Assembly (NCBI RefSeq): GCF_001194135.2
Contig: NC_068984.1
Location: forward strand, 32,203,648-32,236,150
Length of the DNA: 32,503 nt
Direction: 5' to 3'
From: Octopus bimaculoides
Taxonomy: Eukaryota
Part shown: in pieces, positions 10,025-22,055 of the stretch
How the letters are laid out: each line of letters starts with the position of its first letter
Numbering within the stretch: the first letter of the stretch is position 1
Made by a program: the position numbers and the translations under genes
The notes under the pieces: generated by a model
Database searches by the model: none
What the model was told of the DNA's origin: nothing
What the model saw: the letters and a program-made list of their open reading frames with translations, nothing else

Positions 10025-11433
10025 TTTAACAAAAATTTCTATCCAAACTAAATTAGAATAACTGACAAAATCTAGCTTGGTACTATATACAGGTGATTGA
10101 GTAAAACATCTGATGACAGTAACATAGCAAAGACATATGAAACTTAATGTAGATGTAGATATTAAAATAGAAGAAAAAATATCTTCATCTCTAAAGATGA
10201 GGTGAATAGTCTGAAAATTTACAATCCTATTACCAACTCATCTCAGATATTTAGAGGAAAATGGTTGGCCAGATACAAGTAAAAAATAAATATTTAAGAA
10301 ATTCAAAATATAAATATATATAAAGAAATTTAAAATGTGAAAAAAGTATCAAAATGTTATATAATTTGCATTTACATTCTTATAGGTTTTTGCCTCATTT
10401 CTACTTTAAAAAACTAATTAACAATAACTTTAAAAACTAACATTACCCCAATATTATTGAATTTTTTTTTATATATCATTGTCATCTTGCATTATAAAAA
10501 CAAAACTTGCCGTAAAATAATTTTATCCTTATTTTGGCTTTGTAAGGAAAAAAAAACTGGAAACAAAAGAAAAAAGAAATAGAGTTATCTATTTAAATAT
10601 ATATTTCTATTGGTTGGTGAATATAATTTTCTTTAGACTGCTTAGATTTCTAAATGATCATTATTATGTTAATTACAACATCCAAAAGACTTATACAAGG
10701 CTAGTTTCAATAATTATGGTGGTCATGCTCTGAACATGGAACCGTTAGTTAAGAGAATGTCCGCTGTCGACAGACAGGCTTCTTGCTTAATATTAGGGGT
10801 GGTGAAAAAGTGCTGATATAAAATGATGCTTTTTCTCTACTTCATACCCTTAGAATATAAGAGAATTCTATTTCAGCACGGTAATAACTAGTAATTATGA
10901 GCAAGGAAAATCTTCCCTTGAGATTCGAGTTCTTACACTATGTTTATTTGATGTGAGAGAGAATCTCACTGAGATGCAAAGAAATGAATTAGGAACCTAA
11001 GATATTCAGATTATTATGTTTCCATTAGATAATAGGAGAGCAGATGCATTTAAATATCAACGTGTATGCTAACGAGCATGATTGTCTTGCATTGGTTGGC
11101 TCAAACTTTAGAAGTTTGTACAACAAATTAGAGATTTAGTTAAGAAGCATTTGAGTTCTAACTGGGTTTGATGATAAATATAGAGAAGTGGCCAAAATCT
11201 TAATAGTGAATAGCATACAGGAATGTTGGAAGAGCATGCAGGAAACATGAATTAGATAAGAGAATTTCATAGAATATGCAATGCATGTATTCAATCTTTC
11301 TTCCTTGAAATAAGGACAAGCTTGTTTCGGAAAAAAACCAAAACAATAAATTAAATAAATAAAATGATTCTGCATCTTCTTAAAGCTATCTATAAACGAA
11401 GCACCTTACCACAGATCAAGTAACTGCATTATA

Positions 11434-11602
<169 letters not shown>

Positions 11603-12011
11603 TGTGATCTGACCTGAAAACACAATAGTTTTAATATCTTTAATATTAATGCTAATTTTTGGTGATTATCAGAAACTTTTCTGTAGATATCAAATTAAAG
11701 TTTTTAATGTTGAGATATATCCATTCAGAATGAGATACAAGTCAAAAGATGATATTAATGATTGCTAAGATGGTTTCATGCATTCTCATTTATAAACAGT
11801 TAACAGCAAGGATCTACCTTACCTGAGTTTATTGATACTTAAATTGAAGACAATCATATGAATTCAATATAACTTAGGTAGATTGCTTCAGAAGGATGCT
11901 GGCAATTTTCACTTGGCCTGAAAATGTTGACCTGCTTAAAATAATTTCATTCAAGTAATTCCACAATCCACTCTCTCTCTCTCTTTCTCTTTAGAAATTA
12001 TTTTACATATA

Positions 12012-12207
12012 TAAGGGACTGTCCCCTGCCAATGAGAGAGCCTCTAAGGGCTCATAGGCTCATATGCCCCTGTGAAAAATAGCCACACAATAACCTAAAA
12101 TCACATCTTATGATCAAAGAATAAAACAAAGGATGCATAGGACAAGAGTAATCCAAGTGGAGATGGTCGAGCTTGGAGGCTATTCGACTGTAAAACAAAT
12201 CAATCAC
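12012..12207 (+). mobile_element. Probable 3' end of an unassigned interspersed repeat
   Basis: GC-richer island (agggactgtcccctgccaatgagagag...ggaggctattcgactgtaaaacaaatcaatc) ending in a short (CAAT)-like tail. No second copy in the window. Confidence 0.3.
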
Positions 12208-13057
12208 ATCTTACTTCTATTTAAGCAACAACATGCATATATTGGTGCATATCTTGTTTTACTTCCAAAGAATCAGATATCAAACTGACTCCACTGTTAT
12301 CAGAGAACCATACCCTATAGAACAAAATGCAAACAGTTGGGCTGTTTCCAATTATAGATAGCTCCAAAACTTGAGGTACATATAAGCTGTAAATATCATT
12401 AAAACTGAATTTCAAGGCCCTTGTTATGTGTCCTCAAGTAGTATTTGATTTTTGACAAGTTCGTAGCAAGGCAAACTCCAACTCCAACTATTTCTCACTC
12501 ACTTTACCTCACTCCATCCATCTCATTCATGGTCACTTTTATTCTTTTGAGCCTTCAGATTTTTCTCACATTAGTCTCTTTCTCTTGAAGGTCTTCAACA
12601 GTTATAATTTAATCTAAGAACTGTAATTTTTTGTCGGAAAATCAAGGCTTCAAATGTATTTTCAGGTTTCCCTGACTAAACATTCTCGCTCTGAAATTTT
12701 CAGTAATTATCTCCAGTATCTAATTAATATTCAAAAGGAAATTATAAACTTTCAACCAAAAATGTGTCTTGAATTGAAATGGCTTTAAAAAGAGGTCAAA
12801 TGCTAATCAAGAAATATTTCCTATTACATGTTGAAAGTTGTTTGCGTAAACAAACATGCTTCTATTTTTCATTTGCTTTCTGTCCTTTATTTCACTAGTT
12901 GATATATATATATATATATATATATTAGGGATAAAATCCAAAATTACAGGTAATAACTCAATTAAAATCAATTTATTAAAAATTAAAATTAAATTAAGTT
13001 TCACAGTATTAAATATATATAAATATATGGTTTTAGGGAAAAGAACCAAGGTTCATG

Positions 13058-13184
13058 NNNNNNNNNNNNNNNNNNNNNNNNNNNNNNNNNNNNNNNNNNN
13101 NNNNNNNNNNNNNNNNNNNNNNNNNNNNNNNNNNNNNNNNNNNNNNNNNNNNNNNNNNNNNNNNNNNNNNNNNNNNNNNNNNNN
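13058..13184. other. Assembly gap (N)
   Basis: Run of N. Confidence 1.
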
Positions 13185-13684
13185 AGTAATCACTTGCCAT
13201 ATAGTGGTTCACCTATCACACCCTCAGTACAGTACAGCATGGATTCTTCTGGCTAATATATGTTAATTTATATCATGATCTCTTCAGTATATCACAAGTT
13301 TCTGCAGCCAATAGGTATTTAAACTTTTTAAGATTTTGATTATTTCTGTGGTAAGATAAACATTTCATGCCTAAAAATCAATAAATTAATAAATAAAAAT
13401 AGAGTACAGTACTGCATTGTATAACACATTAATTAAAACATATCAAAAGAGAAATACATAGAGTACCATAGATGAATAAACTATGAATTGCACATACTGT
13501 ATGGAAAACGAAACTCAGGAGGTGAGTGTGTGGTGCTGTTTTGAATTTAAAATAAAATAAATATATACAAATTATAAAAATAATTTTAAAAAATATACAG
13601 TGTAGTACTGTTTCTACTTCATGGATTTTCACTTATCACGGGGTGTTTTGGAACATAACACCTGCAATAGTTGAGGGATTACTG
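13185..13684. mobile_element. Tc1/mariner (Tigger/pogo-like) non-autonomous element
   Basis: The right end reads cagtaatccctcaactattgcagg on the minus strand and is followed by TA (13685-13686). The left end [c]agtaatcacttgccatatagtgg abuts the gap. cacttatcacg/cacctatcac subterminal repeats occur at both ends. Confidence 0.6.
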
Positions 13685-14013
13685 TATAAATATAAAGAGA
13701 TGAATAAGAGAAAAAATGTATCAAAAAACATACTTTATTTCCCACTACTTCATCTTATCGCCTCATCTTAACACCACAGCTGCAATACATTGGTGGGATC
13801 ATATAATTAACATATGGCATAATCACTACCATCCAATGTGAAAAAGTGGGCATGCTGTGAGTCTGGCAAGTCACATAATGAAATTATGTATGAGCTGGTG
13901 TGTATATTGGCCTGTTGAGGGGCATGCACACAAAATAATACCTGAGTGTATTGTGAGTATTCATGCAAGAAAATTTTTTAATATATGATGGCATAAAAAG
14001 TCTGGTACTCTAT

Positions 14014-14274
14014 CAGTTACAACAATGAGTGTTCCAGATGATTCGATGAATGAAACAGCTGGTTGACAAAATGAAAGTGAAAGTGGCTGAGCACTTCACA
14101 GACATGTGTACCCTTAACATAGTTTTCAGTGAGATTCAGTGTGACAGAGACATTTTTAAGGCTGGCTCTTTGAATTACAAGTGCAACTCATTTTTGCTAG
14201 CTGAGTTGACTGGAGCAACATGAAATACAGTGTCCTGCTCAGGGACAAAATATGCTGCCAGGAGTCGAGCTCAC
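14014..14274 (-). mobile_element. tRNA-derived SINE family C
   Basis: Minus strand has B-box-like gagctcgactcc, then gtccctgagcaggacact...ttgctccagtcaactcagct. Related fragments at 30390-30505 and 31737-31855. Confidence 0.75.
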
Positions 14275-14319
14275 ACACACAATTATACACATATATGTAC
14301 ATGTGTGTATGCATAAGTG

Positions 14320-14460
14320 TGTATATTATTTATATATATATGTGTGTGTGTGTATACATATTTATACACGCTTATATGTATGTGTGTGAATGTGTGTGTG
14401 CATATATTTACTCACACACACACACTCACACACAAACACATACAAACACACACACACACA
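14320..14460. repeat. Degenerate (GT)n then (CA)n microsatellite
   Basis: Direct reading. Confidence 0.85.
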
Positions 14461-16318
14461 TTTAAATCTGACAAGTATGTATGCATATATGTGTGAGTTT
14501 GTTATTGCTTTTTTTAATAGTTCAAATTCTTCTAACAAGGAAGGATCTAAACAGCAATTTTTGAGTAGCTAAAGCAATATGGATTACAAAGTGAACTTCA
14601 GAAAATTGTCATTGTTCTGTTTGCAGATTGTATTTTTAAAGCATGTTACCTGGTCACATTCTTTGGCTAAAAATCTCAACTGTGAGATTATCACTTACTC
14701 AAATGTACCAATAACTATGAGAGTAAATGTGAATGAATATATTCAAGATAAAGCATTTGGATAATTTTCCATTTATGTGCCCTTTACCACCGAAATTTGG
14801 TAAAAATGTTCACATCGGTAGACCAGCTAATTTCTATGACTTAAGGATTTTTCTTCTATTTCTCAACCACCTATATCAAGACTGTGGCATTTCACCTTAG
14901 CGGAAATTTTTCACAAGAATGTTCTAATATTCATGTTGACATGTATGTAAATATTCAGTAACAGGGCTGTTCTCTCTATTTATCCTAGAGTGGTTTTTCT
15001 TATGGATGACATTGTTTTAGCAATGGTATCATGCTGCAATAGAAGGTAATACCTTGATAATATTTTTGGACAGCTACTGATCACATGGATAATATCTTCT
15101 ACTGAAATATAACATAATTGACATTTTCAAGTGCATCTTGAGGGTTTAAGGGCTTCTTTGTCACTTTTGTTCTTTAGATATTTCATGACTTTCTTTCTGA
15201 ATTTGGTTTGTAAAAAAACATAACCTTCAAAGTATGGTCTTGTGTTTAAGAATGAGTACACTTCATGTCTATATTAGAATTATATAGGAATTATGTTTAT
15301 ACATAACCATTTTGGAGAGGGTGTTACATTTCAAGGTTTATTCTTATTAAGGCACTCTAGTCTAGCACATCTAGGATTGCACAGAAGATCATAGGGAAAG
15401 AATACTTCTTGGGAAGTTCACTTGTGGGTATAGGAGGTTCTTATCGGTATAGGAAGTTGCTATCTTCCTTTTTAAGCACTTGGCTGATGTATTTATTCTT
15501 GAGGCTATTGTTTAGCAAATGCATTCTGAGTGATTCCATGCAACACCCAAAGGCTGCCTGCATTGTACTTAGGTCATTTCTTTTCTTGTATATTCCAAGA
15601 GCAAGTCAATATTACTGTTTCTGTGGATTCTTGCAGTTGATCAATGAAATATCGAAAATGTCAATGTTAGTAATATTACTGGAAATGCATTCAATGATAT
15701 TCTGTTGCACGAGAAGAGCCTAACTGCCATAAGTTTTCAAGTCAGATACGATATTCTTAGGCCATTCCTTACTTATGGTACCCCTGTATGATATAATTTA
15801 TTCAGTACTAGATGTTTTTAGCATTTGTGTGGAAATGGGGGAAGGAGAGGTAATTAATGCAAAAGCTTCATATTTTGGAAACAGAATCTTCAGCTTCAAT
15901 AGTCAAAAATGGTTATTTCTTTTGTTCAAATTCTGTTACTGATGTTGTATTGAAAAAGATAATCAAGAAAAATAGGAGAGAAGTATGTTTGTACAGAGTG
16001 GGTTGATTGAAATATTTGGTGGGGATAGTTATTCTGGTTTGATTTATCTATTTATCTGTGTTTGTCTGTATGTCTGACTACCTTTCTTTGTGTGTCTTTG
16101 TATAAACTGGGAATGCTAGAGAATTTCCAAAACAAATGGAACTATAAATTATTGTAATAATGTAAGAAGAGTGTGGCAAGGAAGATCATACAGATCCTGA
16201 CTAATGTAAAAATTCTTAATCCGCTTTCATTAAAGTACACATTTACATAACCACTACTCTCTAACTAACTACACTCTTCTACATGTGTTAAACAAAATTC
16301 AATACATGACAGGAATGG

Positions 16319-16443
16319 TGATGATAACGCTGGAGCCGGCGATGATGATGACAACGACGACGACGACAATGATGATGATGGGGTAGTGGTGGTGGTGGAG
16401 GAGGAGGGGAGGGGAGGAGGTTAATGATGATGATGATGATGAT
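16319..16443. repeat. Degenerate trinucleotide repeats (GAT/GAC/GGT/GGA)
   Basis: Direct reading. Confidence 0.9.
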
Positions 16444-17430
16444 ACTTCCACTTCTGCTACTGATAAGAACGTCAGCAATGTTATATAGTAAGAAATCCTA
16501 CTATTTAAATAAAAATACTAATTGCTTCTATAGAACCTACATAGGGATTTGTGTAACAGGCTCATGAATACAAAAGAGAAATTAGAAAATTACAATAGGG
16601 AAATATGGAAAATTCTACAAAGAGATTTGTTATAGTTTCCATCAAAAGTCACTTATTTTCCTTAAAGGCATCCTTACTAAACAATCTTCTCCAATTACAA
16701 ATTATTTTCCTGTTTTGAACAAAGACAATTGAGCCAGGGAAATAAATAGATTGTAAGAATAATTGTGAAACCAAGAAAATGAAAAGAAAACAAGAAAATA
16801 GGCATCATTAAAAATGAAAGCTAAAGTATTTAAACTATTATTGTGAATGATCTTTAATTCACATTTTATTGAAGTAAGAAATAATTTCAGAAAATCTTGA
16901 TGTATTTTGGTTTCAGGGCAGAAATCCTTCAATTATTTAACTTCCTGAAAATTTAGAAATGTATATATTAAAAGTTATTTGATGTATTTAAAACAAGGCT
17001 TTTTATCATAAATACTTGAACCTGAAATATTTAGAAGCATTTCTAACATATGAACTTGTATATTGGTGAGTAAGTAGCATATTTGACTTGAGAATTTTAT
17101 TTATAACCAATAGCTGACTTCAGCATAACAGGTTGTATAACCTAAGAATTTGGTATTTTTTATATTTTCTTGAAACTTGTCTCAATACTTAGTTCTCATC
17201 TGTATCCATTTTTAACAATACTTCAGGTATGAGTGCATTATTTTTTTCCTGTGAACACCAATATGGATTCTAAAATGCTCATCTTTGCTGATAATCTAAT
17301 TTCCTAGAGAAGCACTGCCTACTTTCTATTTCTAGAATCTTGAGGTAAATGCTGCTCCACATAATTTTAAAGTAAATCCCTGACAATATGTGTCAAAAAT
17401 TTAAATTGTGTGGAATCATAATAATGATTA

Positions 17431-17592
17431 GGCACAGAAGTGGCTGTGTGGTAAGTAGCTTGCTTACCAACCACATGGTTCCTGGTTCAGTCCCACTGCA
17501 TGGCACCTTGGGCAGGTGTCTTCTACTATAGCCTCGGGCCGACCAAAACCTTGTGAGTGGATTTGGTAGACGGAAACTGAAAGAAGCCCGTC

Positions 17593-17636
<44 letters not shown>

Positions 17637-17846
17637 TTGTGTGTCTATGTTTGTCCCCCCACCATCGCTTGACAACCAATGCTGGTGTGTTTACATCCCC
17701 ATAACTTAGTGGTTTGGCAAAAAGAGACCGATAGACTAAGCAGTAGGCTTCCAAAGAATAAGTCCTGGGGTCGATTTGCTCGACTAAAGGCGGTGCTCCA
17801 GCATGGCCACAGTCAAATGACTGAAATAAGTAAAAGAGTAAAAGAG
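17431..17846 (+). mobile_element. Full-length tRNA-derived SINE family A with central (TA)n/(TG)n
   Basis: A-box-like tggctgtgtgg (17441-17451), B-box-like ggttcagtccc (17484-17494), and the same body and (taaaaga)n tail as 9585-10024. Confidence 0.93.
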
Positions 17847-18074
17847 GAAAAGAATGGGTTTGTATTTAAACTTTCATTTCATTTGTTTATAAACCCAAAA
17901 AGTAAACACAAACATTTTTATTCATCTCCACCCACCTCTTATACATGACTACTCATATAGCTAATGTTTTTCACACAGTTCTGTTGAAATGAATGGTTTA
18001 GCCCATGTATGCATGTATGTATCCATCCAAGTATGTATGTACAGATGTAAGTATGCATCTATGTATGTATATAT

Positions 18075-18334
18075 GCTACAGTTTTCAATTCAGCTGCCAG
18101 GTTCTCCCACCAGGTATCATGCATGGTGCAAAAATGCTGCTTTGCATTAAAATTGGCTTCTTTTAACAGGGTTTCGAGATGCTTTTGATTGTCAGATGAG
18201 ATATTTTCTTGTAAGATTTGGTCATGTATTTGTCTCCTTACTACAATGCTCCATATTGCCTCATCATTTTCATGAAGCCAGTCCTTCATTTTAGCTGGGA
18301 CAGAGCCCATGTTTCTTTAGCTTCACTATAGCTC
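18075..18334 (-). mobile_element. RTE (BovB-like) ORF fragment from the EN-RT linker; inverted segment of the 18060-19551 insertion
   Basis: GSVPAKMKDWLHENDEAIWSIV...HDTWWENLAAELKTVA matches the RTE linker motif DWFDEND...WW..KAEELQ.AAD. Confidence 0.8.
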
Positions 18335-18358
18335 TGATCTTGAGCTACAGTTGATAAT

Positions 18359-19525
18359 GAGAACCTTGCAGCTGAAATGCAAACTGCAGAAGACAGCAAG
18401 AATATCAAAGTGCCTTACAGTTTTATGAAGTAAGCTTTTGAATCAAAAGCAGCAACTGTTGCTCTTCTCTACACTGGGGATAGAAAAAGGCTACAGACTG
18501 TAGGTAGTTGATATGATTAAATATTTGGGTAGCATTATCAATTTACACTATTCTTTAGACAATGAAAACACTGCACAAATGAAAAGGACTACTGATGCCT
18601 TTGTCACTCTGAAAGATCATGTCCAGTCCTAACACCATGTTTCAAGTTGGTGGTCTTCAATATCTGCATACAGACGCGCCTATTGTTTTTGTATGAAACT
18701 TGGGTGGTGTACCATCAACAGTTAGAAAGTACTTGAGTATTTTCAACAGAAATGTTTGAAAAAACATCATTGGCATGCACTTGATGAAAAAGCCAGTGCA
18801 GTGAGTGAGTATTGAGGCCAACATTCACTATCGCCTTATGTGCCAGGCTGGTCATGTTCTGTGTTTTGATAACTGCAGAATTCCCAAGCAAATATTGTAT
18901 GGTGAGCTATCACAAGGTACTTAACTGCAGCATAAGTCCAGGAAATGATTCAAGGACAACTTAAAAAGAATCGCTTGAAATCTGCAAGATTTCAGAAAAG
19001 GAGTGGAAATATATATCACATTATAGGAAAACCTAGAAGTAAAGACAATATAGGAAAACCTGGAAGCAAAATGCAAATGAGTAGTCATGCACAAGGTGAT
19101 CAGAATGGGAAGACAATTCCATTGGCTCTACAGTTCCTCACCGTGTCTGTGAAGTCTGTGGCCACATATTTATATCTCACACAGAGTTGGTGAACCACCA
19201 GAGAAGTCAGGCAACACGGATTGTTACAAATTACAATGACTTTCTTGCTGAGGCCAACCTCGCATGCACTGTCTGCAAGAAAACATGTGTTAATCACTCA
19301 GAATTATCTAAGCAATGAGGGTACACAGAGAAAATCCTGAGAACAAACTGGAAAAAATCAAGAAGTCTGAGAAAAATTTGGATGAATGTTGAACTTGTGA
19401 CTAGTTCTGTAAGTCCCTGGCAGGATTCAGATGCTATTGTTGTTCTCACAACATGTAATGCTAAGATGCACTTTATTTAGTCAGCCTTGGTCGTACTTAT
19501 CTAACGAGTTGACTGCCATCAGGTA
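18359..19525 (+). mobile_element. RTE (BovB-like) 3' portion with the RT core deleted, degenerate C-terminal C2H2 fingers and 3' UTR
   Basis: ENLAAEMQTAEDSKN; IKYLGSIIN..SLDNE; LLFLYETWVVY..LEYFQQKCLKK; GHVL..DNCRIPKQILYGELSQG; FKDNLKK; CEVCGHIFISHTELVNHQRSQ (19148-19210). The 3' boundary is approximate. Confidence 0.85.
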
Positions 19526-19530
19526 TATAC

Positions 19531-19797
19531 ATACGTATGTATGTATATATGTATGTATGTATATAATATTTATATATGTATGCACATGTGTGTGCTCATG
19601 CATGTGTACATGTATCTGTGTGGGTGTATGTATGCATGTATGTATGTATATGAAGAGTTCCTGTATTTAAAATATTTTATACTTTTTCCATTTATTCGTA
19701 TATATTTCTTCTCAGTTATTCACAGCTCATGATTACTTTAAAATACCAACTGCAAAGCACTATTGAAAATCAGAATATTTTTTCTTATATTTGTGTG

Positions 19798-19830
<33 letters not shown>

Positions 19831-19863
19831 ATGTGTGTGTGTGTGTGTGTGTGTGTATAAGTA

Positions 19864-19901
<38 letters not shown>
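19531..19901. repeat. (TATG)/(GT)/(TA) simple repeats
   Basis: Direct reading. Confidence 0.85.
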
Positions 19902-20378
19902 NNNNNNNNNNNNNNNNNNNNNNNNNNNNNNNNNNNNNNNNNNNNNNNNNNNNNNNNNNNNNNNNNNNNNNNNNNNNNNNNNNNNNNNNNNNNNNNNNNN
20001 NNNNNNNNNNNNNNNNNNNNNNNNNNNNNNNNNNNNNNNNNNNNNNNNNNNNNNNNNNNNNNNNNNNNNNNNNNNNNNNNNNNNNNNNNNNNNNNNNNNN
20101 NNNNNNNNNNNNNNNNNNNNNNNNNNNNNNNNNNNNNNNNNNNNNNNNNNNNNNNNNNNNNNNNNNNNNNNNNNNNNNNNNNNNNNNNNNNNNNNNNNNN
20201 NNNNNNNNNNNNNNNNNNNNNNNNNNNNNNNNNNNNNNNNNNNNNNNNNNNNNNNNNNNNNNNNNNNNNNNNNNNNNNNNNNNNNNNNNNNNNNNNNNNN
20301 NNNNNNNNNNNNNNNNNNNNNNNNNNNNNNNNNNNNNNNNNNNNNNNNNNNNNNNNNNNNNNNNNNNNNNNNNNNNNN
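19902..20378. other. Assembly gap (N)
   Basis: Run of N after (TA)n. Confidence 1.
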
Positions 20379-21004
20379 TTTTGTATAACAGTGAGTTTTA
20401 ACCTTTTATTTAAAAAAAAAAAACATTTGCCCTTTCTTTGATAAGGACTCTTTACAATTTATCTGTTATATTTTATGAAATAAGTATGAAAAATATTTTC
20501 ATTGTATGATTCTTAGCATTTTCGACAATAATCTTATTGTTTAGTGGGAAAAAAAAAAATGAAAAAATATGTGTGATTTATTCAAATTTTTTTTTATTGC
20601 CAAGAAAAATTTTAAATTGGTTGGTGACATATCCAGTATATCAATAGAATAAAATATCATGTCATGTCTGCAAATATATTTAAACATCAAATTTTACAAT
20701 GCACAACACACACACAATAATGTATGTGTGTTTGTGTGACTTATTTAAATTCTTTTATTGTCAAAGTGTGCGTGCATGTGTGCATGTATTATGTAAGGTT
20801 CAGTTATTATATGCTGCAGTGACTTCTAAGTATTAGATGAGAATTAGTCATGAGATGAAAGCCAAGAAACATTCATAATAAGAAAATGAGAAAGATGTCA
20901 TTCAAAGATTGCTTGAAAACGTTTGAGAACAGTGATATTATTTCACTCATGCCCCAACTATCGATGCACAGAAGAATTAATGTAATTATTAAAAAACAAA
21001 TCTA

Positions 21005-21810
21005 ATGCTAGAATGCTTCACTGGATGTGTAATGTCAGTGTGCATGCATGACAGAGAAAAGTTAGGCATGAGAAACATCAAATGTGGTGTGCAAGAGAGA
21101 TGACTGCACTGGTATGGTCATGTGATGTGAATGGTTGAGGACAGCTGTGTGAAGAGTGTTGTACTCTAACAGTGTAGGGAACCTGTGGAAGAGGAAAACC
21201 CAAGAAGACATGGGATGAGGTGGTGAATCAGGATCTTTGAATGCTGAGCCTCACAGAGGCAATGACAAACAACTGAGACCTTTGGCATATGCTGTACTTG
21301 AGAAGACCCTGCAAGCCAAGTGAGATTGTAGTCATGGCCCGTTAAAAGCATCCTTCAATCATTGAGTGATATGCAGTGTTTGTAAAGACTTGTCGAGCCA
21401 AGTGAAATCATAGTCATGACCGACGCCAGTGCTGTCTGACTGGCACTTGTGCCAACAGCACATAAAAAGCACTATTCAAGCATTGGGCCTCATGGAGTTA
21501 GTAACATGTGACCAAGACCTTTGACGATATACCTTGCTGGTGTAGACCTATCATGCCAAGTGAGACCATAGTTGGGCCAATGTCAGTGTCAGGCTAATGG
21601 TACCTGTGCCAGTGGCACATAAAAAACACCCACTACACTCTCGAAATGGTTGGCATTAAGAAGGGCATCCAGCTGTAGATACCTTGCCAAATAAGATCAG
21701 AAACTGGTGCAACTCCCCGGCTAACCAATTTGCAGTCAAACTGTCCAACCCATGCCAGCATGTAAAGTGGACGTTAAATGATAATGATGATGATGATGAT
21801 GATGATGATG
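21005..21810 (+). mobile_element. 5'-truncated RTE LINE: ORF end, repeat-containing 3' UTR and (GAT)n tail
   Basis: MLHWMCNVSVH..REKLG..GVQER..WYGHV..GTCGRGKPKKTWDEVV..LTEAMT..RDLW.YAVLEKT; tail ccaacccatgccagcatgtaaagtggacgttaaa(tga)n. Confidence 0.9.
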
Positions 21811-21919
21811 AATAGTGGTAATGATGGTTACAAATGTGATGATAATCATGATGAAGTCAGTGACTGAGATCAACATTTTTAAAAGCAAAGATATCCCTCA
21901 TCTTTACAATTTTGTATCT

Positions 21920-22055
21920 GTTACCATGCTGGCATGGGTGTTAGATGGCTCACTCAATATTTTGTTACTGCTCACTTACCATTTCCAGCCACAGAGAAAT
22001 CTTTATGCAGCATGTCATGTTTTGGCAGGGATTTTTATGATGTCCTTATCATAAA
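21920..22055 (-). mobile_element. Older RTE 3'-tail fragment, tail-to-tail with 21005-21810
   Basis: catgctggcatgggt (21925-21939) is the exact reverse complement of acccatgccagcatg (21748-21762). Weaker similarity continues to about 22055. Confidence 0.6.

Noticed and set aside
10673-10816. CpG-containing open stretch (SFNNYGGHALNMEPLVKRMSAVDRQAS)
   Set aside because: No good splice sites and no recognised family.
15380-15720. Decayed minus-strand frame (LALGIYKKRNDLSTMQAAFGCC), possibly PLE thumb region
   Set aside because: Similarity too weak to assign without a search.
17431-17510. tRNA gene
   Set aside because: The A and B boxes belong to a SINE head that continues into a repeated body and tail. 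No proper cloverleaf.
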